Below the pieces are notes generated by a model that did not search any database, was not told the origin of the DNA, and was given only the letters and a program-made list of their open reading frames with translations. A DNA stretch of 64,000 nt, from the NCBI GenBank assembly GCA_902778145.1, contig CACYWW010000022.1, positions 42,273-106,272 of the forward strand. Reading direction: 5' to 3'. A program made the position numbers and the translations under genes. The DNA is from an uncultured Ruminococcus sp. GTDB taxonomy: Bacteria; Bacillota; Clostridia; Oscillospirales; CAG-272. Shown in pieces: positions 10,163 through 16,928 of this stretch (its first letter is position 1; each line of letters opens with the position of its first letter).

Positions 10163-11374
10163 TCAGTATTTGCCGTACATGGTGGACGGCGGAAGCGTCG
10201 CGCCCTCTCCGTTATCGTCCGGAAACGGCGTCAGATCGTCATTTTCGTACATTTTTCTGTCGTTTTCGTCTCTGAAATCCGGGATCCTGAAGTTTTCTCC
10301 GTGATTGAGACAGCTGCGCCAGCCGAGTATCGCGGTCGCAGACATCGCGACGCCCTTGTATACGTCGAAGAACGGCGTGATACCGTCTCTGAAATAGTCG
10401 ATCATATTCTGAACTATCCAGTAATCACCGCCGCCGTGACCGGCTGACAGCGCCTTTTCCGCTTTTTCGCCCCAGGCGGCGACGTCCGGTTCGACGTACG
10501 AGACGTTTTCGGAAACGCCCTCCGGCCTCGTGTAATCCTCATAGTAAAGTCTGACCTTGCCGTTCGTGTATCCGGCCTGCTCGACCGAGCCCTTATCTCC
10601 CACAACGCGGTAACGGCTGTAATCCGACGCCTGCGCGGTACATCCGGTGAACGACGCGGCCATGCCGTTGTCCATCTCGCAGAACATCCTCGCCATGCCG
10701 TCATCGTTCGGACGGAAATCGCGTATTTCCTCAAGAAGCCCGGAATGCGCCGCTCGTGCGGAAACGTATTTCGGCATACTGTTCGTCATGTACATGAGCG
10801 GCCCCATCGCGTGTGTCACGTAATAGGTCCGCGGCATCCACGCTCTCCAATGGTATTTATACGGTGTGAGCGTGCGAAGCGTATCAAGCGTGCCGGAATG
10901 GTTGTACTCACCCTCGGCGTAAAGGAATGTGCCGAGAGTTCCGCCGTCGATTATGCGCTTCATCTCCATGTTCAGCGTCATGAAAGGATAATTCTCGGCG
11001 ATCATGTATTTTCTGCCCGTCCTCTCAACGCATCTGACGAGATCGACGCAGCCCTTCAGCGTAGCCGCGGACGTGCATTCGCTGACGACGTCCATCCCCG
11101 CCTCCATCGCCTTGATCGCGAATTCCGCGTGCTGATGGAAGTAGTTCGCCAGAAACACCGCGTTCATGCCGACGCTTTTTCCGTATTCGAGAAATTCATC
11201 GAAATCCGTGAATCCCTTCGCTTCCTCAAGTCCTTTCACGCAATCAAGCATATTTGCGTGCTTGTCACATACGGCAACGATCTTTATGACGGTCGGATCC
11301 TCCGCCGCAATGAGATCGATATAACTGTTTCCGCGCCACGCGCCGAACATCCCTATTCTGATAGTTTTGCTCAT
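10163..11374 (-). CDS. Gfo/Idh/MocA family NAD(P)-dependent oxidoreductase
   Basis: 403 aa. N-terminal Rossmann-type IRIGMFGAWRGNSY and family-typical layout. 26 nt upstream of the lipoprotein gene. Confidence 0.8.
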   Translation of the reverse strand: MSKTIRIGMFGAWRGNSYIDLIAAEDPTVIKIVAVCDKHANMLDCVKGLEEAKGFTDFDEFLEYGKSVGMNAVFLANYFHQHAEFAIKAMEAGMDVVSECTSAATLKGCVDLVRCVERTGRKYMIAENYPFMTLNMEMKRIIDGGTLGTFLYAEGEYNHSGTLDTLRTLTPYKYHWRAWMPRTYYVTHAMGPLMYMTNSMPKYVSARAAHSGLLEEIRDFRPNDDGMARMFCEMDNGMAASFTGCTAQASDYSRYRVVGDKGSVEQAGYTNGKVRLYYEDYTRPEGVSENVSYVEPDVAAWGEKAEKALSAGHGGGDYWIVQNMIDYFRDGITPFFDVYKGVAMSATAILGWRSCLNHGENFRIPDFRDENDRKMYENDDLTPFPDDNGEGATLPPSTMYGKY

Positions 11375-11401
11375 AATAACATCCCTGCCTTTCCTAACTG
11401 G

Positions 11402-11430
11402 ATTTTACCACGGCGCCGTTTGTTTGTCAA
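11402..11430 (-). promoter_or_regulatory. Sigma-A promoter (TTGACA-17 nt-TAAAAT with TGG extended -10) for the oxidoreductase-to-GRE-activase operon
   Basis: The minus strand reads ttgaca aacaaacggcgccgtgg taaaat. The spacing is 17 nt, and it lies about 28 nt upstream of the ATG at 11374. Confidence 0.6.
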
Positions 11431-11478
11431 TACGGAAGCGCCTTTTTGAAAACAAAAAAAGCGCAGCAGACCACTGCT

Positions 11479-11545
11479 CCGGCGCTTCATTCACTCCCGA
11501 CCCTTTGAGCCCCGATCGGTTACTCCATAGCAAAAGGACGCCGTT
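11479..11545. repeat. 67-nt direct repeat, copy 1 (65/67 identical to 12544-12610)
   Basis: ccggcgcttcattcactcccgaccct(t/c)tgagccccgatcggttactccata(g/a)caaaaggacgccgtt. Copy 1 ends exactly at the loop of the hairpin that copy 2 completes. Confidence 0.9.
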
Positions 11546-11793
11546 GCGGTGTACTTCGTAAGGAAGTACACCGCAGCTAAATTCGCCTTGCGGCGAGCTA
11601 AATTGGGCTTCGCCCAGCTAAATTTGCTTCGCAAGCTAAATTTTCGCAAGCTAAATTCGGCTTTGCCGAGCTGAAAAAGGCGAATTTAATTTAGCTGAAG
11701 CCGTGAGGCTTCAATTTAGCTATACGCCGACAGGCGTATAATTTAGCTGACGCAAAGCGGCAATTTAGCTGCCTCAAAGCGGCAATTCAGCTG
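11546..11793. repeat. Modular hairpin array A. A 12-bp stem hairpin is followed by 5 perfect AGCTAAATT words plus 1 degenerate, then 4 perfect AATTTAGCT words plus 1 degenerate. The words are separated by different short GC hairpins.
   Basis: AGCTAAATT words at 11575, 11596, 11616, 11634 and 11649. Inverted words at 11688, 11713, 11740 and 11762. Most spacers are self-complementary (cgccttgcggcg, gggcttcgccc, tgcttcgca, cggctttgccg, gaagccgtgaggcttc, atacgccgacaggcgtat). The leading hairpin is gcggtgtacttc/gaagtacaccgc at 11546-11574. Confidence 0.9.
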
Positions 11794-12019
11794 ATTTATA
11801 AATCATTCCTGCGTCGGTACAGTTAAGACGTGCTGAAAGAGAATAACCCACTATAACACTTTCAATAATAGAAAGATGTCAGAGTGGGTTTGTTTCTTCC
11901 TTACGCAGCCTCTCCCTTTGCGTCCTTTTGCTATGTGATTAACGCTCGAAATCACAAAACATAATTCTCAGCTAAAGCATTTATAATACAAGTGTGAAAA
12001 ACAACAAGATTATGTTAAA

Positions 12020-12366
12020 TTATTTTAATATCTTCCAAAATCCGGAATTATCTGTTCCTTGCCGTACAATATATCCTTTTTCTTTTAATCCTTTAATTGC
12101 TCTTGATACGGTTTTTTCTGATTTGGACAGGGTTGAAGCTATATCTTTGATGATCAGGTAATTATTCTCTTTTAACATATCATAGACCGCTTTTTCTGTC
12201 TTGGACATGTCAAGGACATTTTTATGTCCCTGACGCCGCAGAAAAACAAATCTGAATCCCGTCATCGTATTTTCGTATTCATATTCAACGCCCGCCTCGG
12301 AACAGGCTTTAAACGTTCTTTCAAAGCCGGATCCGAAAGATTCGATAACAGACGACTTGAGATGTC
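12020..12366 (-). pseudogene. 3' fragment of an AlbA_2/HATPase_c_4-type putative DNA-binding protein gene (only the C-terminal wHTH portion remains)
   Basis: The frame is open from about 12366. It reads KSSVIESFGSGFERTFKACSEAGVEYEYENTMTGFRFVFLRR..., then an HTH (IIKDIASTLSKSEKTVSRAIKGLKEKGYIVRQGTDNSGFWKILK). This resembles the C-terminal third of such proteins. An in-frame TGA lies immediately upstream and the N-terminal domains are missing. The context is AT-rich. Confidence 0.55.
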
Positions 12367-12475
12367 AGTGACATTTTTGCGTTAGTAAATGCTTTTTATT
12401 CTTAGATATGCAAAAAAACAAAAATCCTGATTTTAACAGGACTTTTTGCTTTTTGCCTTATCAGGCGATAATGGT

Positions 12476-12496
12476 TGGAGCGGAATACGGGGCTCG
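12476..12496 (-). repeat. 21-nt duplicate of the 3' end of tRNA-Gly (att-like direct repeat)
   Basis: tggagcggaatacggggctcg is identical to 12626-12646. No matching 5' acceptor half is nearby, so this is not a second tRNA. Confidence 0.85.
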
Positions 12497-12543
12497 GTCT
12501 CGCGCCTCGACGGCGCTCGGTCCGGGTCGGCTCTGAAGCGCCC

Positions 12544-12610
12544 CCGGCGCTTCATTCACTCCCGACCCTTCGAGCCCCGATCGGTTACTCCATAACAAAA
12601 GGACGCCGTT
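12544..12610. repeat. 67-nt direct repeat, copy 2 (immediately downstream of tRNA-Gly)
   Basis: See 11479-11545. Confidence 0.9.
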
Positions 12611-12628
12611 GGCGTCCTTTTGTTATGG
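12590..12628 (-). terminator. 18-bp perfect hairpin abutting the tRNA-Gly 3' end
   Basis: ccataacaaaaggacgcc gtt ggcgtccttttgttatgg. It shares the TGG/CCA triplet with the tRNA. Confidence 0.5.
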
Positions 12629-12701
12629 AGCGGAATACGGGGCTCGAACCCGCCACATTCGCCTTGGGAAGGCGACGCTCTACCATATGAGCTAATTCCG
12701 C
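12626..12701 (-). tRNA. tRNA-Gly (anticodon CCC), CCA encoded
   Basis: Cloverleaf folded by hand on the minus strand: acceptor GCGGAAT/ATTCCGC, D arm GCTC-ATATGGTA-GAGC, anticodon arm TCGCC-TTCCCAA-GGCGA, variable loop ATGTG, T arm GCGGG-TTCGAGC-CCCGT, discriminator T, then CCA. Total 76 nt. Confidence 0.9.
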
Positions 12702-12737
12702 AGAATCACCCCGGTCTGCCCGGGGTGGGATCCTTAA

Positions 12738-12914
12738 TTATTTGTATTTGCGCTTTCTCGCAGCCTCGGACTTCTTCTTGCGTCTTACGCTGGGCTTTTC
12801 ATAGCACTCTCTTTTGCGAAGCTCTGTCATGATGCCGGATCTTGCGCAGGCTCTCTTGAATTTCTTGAGCGCGCTGTCAAGAGACTCGTTTTCTTTTACT
12901 CTGACTTCTGCCAT
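12738..12914 (-). CDS. rpsU: 30S ribosomal protein S21
   Basis: 58 aa, so below the ORF-track cutoff. Own translation: [69 protein letters not shown]. Confidence 0.93.
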   Translation of the reverse strand: MAEVRVKENESLDSALKKFKRACARSGIMTELRKRECYEKPSVRRKKKSEAARKRKYK

Positions 12915-12957
12915 TTTCTTTCACCCCCTTCGCATCGGAGAATAAATTTACTTGAAT

Positions 12958-12986
12958 ATTATACAACCGAACACCGCCGTTGTCAA
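12958..12986 (-). promoter_or_regulatory. Consensus sigma-A promoter for rpsU (TTGACA-17 nt-TATAAT)
   Basis: The minus strand reads ttgaca acggcggtgttcggttg tataat. Confidence 0.65.
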
Positions 12987-14128
12987 GTGTTTTTTCTGAA
13001 TTTTTTCAAATTTATTTGCGCCGCGGCAAGCAAGACCGCGAATGCGGCGGCGCAAACCGCCGCCGCGACGGGATCCGCCTCCCCCGTTTCCGGGTTTTCG
13101 TTCATATCGACCGCGGGGACGTAGTAGAAGAAATACAATTTTTCGTTATCCGATACCTGTTTCTGCGTCAGCTGATCCTCGTCTTTTACCTCAACGTAGA
13201 ATTTATAGCACGGCATCATATAATGAAGATCGATCGCGTCGGTATACACGAGCTCGCACAAAACGTCGTTCTCCGATATGCCGCTCAGATCGCTATCCCA
13301 ATTGCTCGACCGGTACTCGTTGTTTTTCAGTCGCCTGAAAGCTTCTTTATATGATATCGCTTTATATTCGCCGTATACATATCCGTCATAACCGTCTTTT
13401 TGAAATTCGATCCTGTATGTGCACGTTTCACTTCCGGGATCAGCGCTGATTTCGAATTTGACTCCGTAAGGCTGAGGTGTTTTCGCGTCGGCCGGATATA
13501 TATAATATTTGCCTCCGTCATAATCCGGACCATGATATGTTTTTCTGTTCTCATCTGTCTTCGTATACGTGAAATCACCGTATCCCGCCATTTCGACAGC
13601 GGCTTTGATATATCTGTCGCTCTTCAGGTCGCCGGATTCATATATACCCAAAAGGGTTTCGTAATCGCCAATAACGTTCAGGAACATACGGTCTCCGTAT
13701 GCTCCGAGATTTATCGTTCCGTCCGAATAACTGCATTTTGGTCCCGGCCCGTAAATGATTTTGTCTTCATCAAATCCTATCCCGGCTTTTTCGCAGTACG
13801 CCTTGATGTTATTACGGCACAGTGTACGGTAATCCTCCCCCGTATCAAACAGCGGCACTTCTCCGTCACGTGTCTCTTTTTCGGCTATCGCGTAAGGTCT
13901 GTTGTATACAATCAGCGTTTTATTACTGAGATTTGCAGATACCGGCGAAAACGAGATCCCCTCGCCGCCGCGCGTTATGCATCCTTCGAACAGACCTCCC
14001 ATATCTCTGTAAGGATAGTCAAGATCCTTTTTGTCCCTGTCCTCGTATTCATAACACATAAACCGTGAAACGCAAGATATCAAAAGAGACAAAACTATCG
14101 TAATGCTCACAAACCTGAATATTTTCAT
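12983..14128 (-). CDS. Hypothetical surface protein with an N-terminal signal peptide and a C-terminal sortase-type sorting signal (NPETG)
   Basis: The ORF is 12983-14143; the likely start is MKIFRFVSITIVLSLLISC. The C-terminus is NENPETGEADPVAAAVCAAAFAVLLAAAQINLKKFRKNT, i.e. an LPXTG-like motif, a hydrophobic stretch and a basic tail. GC is lower than in the flanks. No recognisable catalytic motif. Confidence 0.6.
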   Translation of the reverse strand: MKIFRFVSITIVLSLLISCVSRFMCYEYEDRDKKDLDYPYRDMGGLFEGCITRGGEGISFSPVSANLSNKTLIVYNRPYAIAEKETRDGEVPLFDTGEDYRTLCRNNIKAYCEKAGIGFDEDKIIYGPGPKCSYSDGTINLGAYGDRMFLNVIGDYETLLGIYESGDLKSDRYIKAAVEMAGYGDFTYTKTDENRKTYHGPDYDGGKYYIYPADAKTPQPYGVKFEISADPGSETCTYRIEFQKDGYDGYVYGEYKAISYKEAFRRLKNNEYRSSNWDSDLSGISENDVLCELVYTDAIDLHYMMPCYKFYVEVKDEDQLTQKQVSDNEKLYFFYYVPAVDMNENPETGEADPVAAAVCAAAFAVLLAAAQINLKKFRKNT

Positions 14129-14525
14129 GCTGACCTCCTTCACTGAATCGGAAAAACTCCGTAACCATACTTATTATTATTATATGTGTGTAAATTGCTT
14201 AAATAAATGACTCTTTCGCGACAATTATTTTGATAGCTGTCATTAATTAAGCATGCATATATTGGATTGTAATTAATGTCATAAAGACCTGATTCGAACA
14301 TTCCTTCGCCGGGATTTGTTTCGAGCAGCGTTTAGAGGTCTTCATTTACGGCAAAAGCCTCCCGATCATTATCGGACGCCGCCTGTGTTGAAAACAAAAG
14401 CGTCGGGATAAGTATACAGAAGGCTGTTGCCGCGGATATGATCTTTTTCATTCCGGTCGACTCCATTCTCTTTGTGACATAATTATATCACGCTTGAAGA
14501 AATTCGTCAACCGTTTTTCGTTTTT

Positions 14526-16928
14526 TTATTTTACGATCAGGTTTATGATTTTTCCTTTTACATAAATCACCTTGACGATCTGTTTGTCCTGAAGCTGACT
14601 GTCGAACTTTCCGCTTTCCTTAACGGCGGCGACGGCTGCGTCGCTTTCGGCGTCGGCGGGGATCACGACGGTGCCGCGGGACTTGCCGTTGAACTGCACG
14701 CCGATCTCTACGGTGCTGTCAACGGTCTTCGCCTCGTCGTACTGCGGCCACGGCGTGACGGCAAGCATCGTTTTGTGTCCCATGCTCTCCCACATCTCCT
14801 CACAGAGGTGCGGAGCAAACGGCGACAGGATCTTGACGAACGTCTCAACGTCGAACTTCGTGACCGAGCCTGCTTTGTAAAACTCGTTTATCAGCGTCAT
14901 CATCGCGGCGATCGCGGTGTTGTACTTCATCGCCTCTATATCGTCGCCGACCTTTTTGACCGTCTTATGGACGAGCGATTCAAGCGCTTCGTCCTCGTTT
15001 TTCGCCGTCATTATATCCGTCAGTCCGGCGACGCGTTCAAGGAAGCGTTTGCAGCCCTTGACCGAATCCTCGTTCCACGGCGCGGCGGCGGTATAGTCGC
15101 CCATGAACAGCACGTACGTACGCAGAGTGTCCGCGCCGTAGCGCTCGACTATATCGAGCGGGTCTATGACGTTTCCGGCGGATTTGCTCATCTTGTTGCC
15201 GTCGGGTCCCAGGATCAGCCCCTGATACGTGCGCTTTGCGTAAGGTTCGGGCGTGTTGACGACGCCTATATCGTATAAGAACCTGTGCCAGAAGCGCGAA
15301 TAGAGCAGATGGCGTGTGACGTGCTCCATACCGCCGTTATACCAGTCGACCGGCATCCAGTATTTCATCTTCTCGGGGTCGCAGAGCGCCGCGTCGTTAT
15401 GCGGATCTATGAAACGGAGGAAATACCAGGAGGAGCCCGCCCACTGCGGCATCGTATCCGTTTCACGCTTCGCGTCGCCGCCGCATTTCGGACACTTGCA
15501 GTTGACGAACGAATCTATACGCGCAAGCGGCGACTGACCGTCCGTGCCGGGCTCGAAGTTCTCGACGTCCGGCAGTCTGAGCGGCAGCTCCTCGTAAGGC
15601 ACGCCGACCGTGCCGCATTTCGGGCAGTGGATCAGCGGTATCGGCTCGCCCCAGTACCTCTGGCGGTTGAACGCCCAGTCCTTCATCTTGTACTGAACGC
15701 CCTTTCTGCCGATACCCTTTTCACCGAGGTATTCGAGCATCGCGGCGATGGAATCCTTCTTGTTGTCGTACTTGTTGAGGAAGTCCGAGTTTATCATCCT
15801 GCCGTCGCCGGTGTACGCTTCTTTTTCTATATCTCCGCCCTCGATGACCTGAATGATATCGACGCCGAACTTATGAGCGAATTCCCAGTCGCGCTGGTCG
15901 TGCGCTGGAACTGCCATTATGGCGCCGGTACCGTAGCCCATCATGACGTAATCGGCTATGAATATCGGTATCTTTTTACCGTTGACGGGGTTGACCGCGC
16001 AGAGACCTTCAAGTCTGACGCCGGTCTTCTCCTTTACGAGCTGGGTGCGCTCGAATTCCGTTTTCTTCGCGCATTCCGCACGGTACGCCTCGACCTCCGC
16101 CCAGTTTGCGATCCTGTCCTTATACTTGTCGAGCGTCGGATGCTCCGGCGCCATGACCATGAAAGTAACGCCGTAAAGCGTGTCGCAGCGCGTGGTGTAT
16201 ATCTCGAGCTTTTCATCGGTGCCGTCGAGCGTGAAGTCGACGAACGCGCCGGTCGATTTGCCGATCCAGGTGATCTGCTGCTGCTTGATGCTGTCCGGGT
16301 AGTCTACGTGATCGAGCCCTTCGAGCAGCTTGTCCGCGTACTGCGTTATCCTCAGATACCATACGTCCTTCGGAAGCTGTACGACGTCGCTGTGGCAGAC
16401 GTCGCATTTTCCGCCCTGCGAATCCTCGTTCGACAGAACGACCTTGCAGTGCGGGCAGTAGTTGACGAGAGTCTTTGCGCGGAACACGAGCCCGTGCTCG
16501 AACATCTTGAGGAATATCCACTGCGTCCATTTATAGTAATCGGGCAGGGACGTTGATATCTCGCGGCTCCAGTCGAAGCAGAAGCCGATCTTCTTCATCT
16601 GATCCTTGAAGTGATCGACGTTTTTCGTCGTGATCACGTGAGGATGGGTGTTCGTCTTTATCGCGTAGTTTTCCGCGGGCAGACCGAACGAGTCGAAGCC
16701 CATCGGGAACAGGACGTTGTAGCCCTGCATCCTGCGCTTGTGAGAAACGACGTCAAGTCCGGAATACGCTTTTATATGTCCGACGTGCATGCCGGCACCG
16801 GACGGATACGGGAACTCCACGAGCGCGTAGAATTTCGGTTTGTCGTATCTGTCCTCGGCGCAGAAAACGCCCTTCTCTTCCCATTTTTTCTGCCATTTTT
16901 CTTCAATGGATCTGTAATCGTATTTCAT
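14526..16928 (-). CDS. leuS: Leucine--tRNA ligase
   Basis: 800 aa. HVGH (PYPSGAGMHVGH) and KMSKS motifs. LeuS-type architecture. Confidence 0.97.
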   Translation of the reverse strand: MKYDYRSIEEKWQKKWEEKGVFCAEDRYDKPKFYALVEFPYPSGAGMHVGHIKAYSGLDVVSHKRRMQGYNVLFPMGFDSFGLPAENYAIKTNTHPHVITTKNVDHFKDQMKKIGFCFDWSREISTSLPDYYKWTQWIFLKMFEHGLVFRAKTLVNYCPHCKVVLSNEDSQGGKCDVCHSDVVQLPKDVWYLRITQYADKLLEGLDHVDYPDSIKQQQITWIGKSTGAFVDFTLDGTDEKLEIYTTRCDTLYGVTFMVMAPEHPTLDKYKDRIANWAEVEAYRAECAKKTEFERTQLVKEKTGVRLEGLCAVNPVNGKKIPIFIADYVMMGYGTGAIMAVPAHDQRDWEFAHKFGVDIIQVIEGGDIEKEAYTGDGRMINSDFLNKYDNKKDSIAAMLEYLGEKGIGRKGVQYKMKDWAFNRQRYWGEPIPLIHCPKCGTVGVPYEELPLRLPDVENFEPGTDGQSPLARIDSFVNCKCPKCGGDAKRETDTMPQWAGSSWYFLRFIDPHNDAALCDPEKMKYWMPVDWYNGGMEHVTRHLLYSRFWHRFLYDIGVVNTPEPYAKRTYQGLILGPDGNKMSKSAGNVIDPLDIVERYGADTLRTYVLFMGDYTAAAPWNEDSVKGCKRFLERVAGLTDIMTAKNEDEALESLVHKTVKKVGDDIEAMKYNTAIAAMMTLINEFYKAGSVTKFDVETFVKILSPFAPHLCEEMWESMGHKTMLAVTPWPQYDEAKTVDSTVEIGVQFNGKSRGTVVIPADAESDAAVAAVKESGKFDSQLQDKQIVKVIYVKGKIINLIVK

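Noticed and set aside
11575-11793. Possible CRISPR array (also considered for 38149-38290 and 45018-45199)
   Set aside because: The repeats are only 7-9 nt and the spacers 6-18 nt, far below CRISPR dimensions. The spacers are themselves palindromic, the repeat switches to its reverse complement half-way, and there are no cas genes.
12476-12560. A second tRNA gene next to tRNA-Gly
   Set aside because: Only the 21-nt T-arm/acceptor 3' portion is present. No complementary 5' acceptor strand, D arm or anticodon arm can be drawn.
12475-12832. ORFs 12475-12690 and 12620-12832 on the plus strand
   Set aside because: They run across the tRNA-Gly gene, its duplicated 3' end and the antisense of rpsU. 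They are not coding.
14332-14466. 39-44 codon minus-strand ORF with a signal-peptide-like sequence (MKKIISAATAFCILIPTLLFSTQAASDNDREAFAVNEDL)
   Set aside because: It is plausibly a small secreted peptide or the 5' remnant of a disrupted gene. It is too short and unsupported to call without comparative or expression data.
15285-16556. 423-aa plus-strand ORF
   Set aside because: It is antisense to leuS and has no motifs. It is a shadow ORF.
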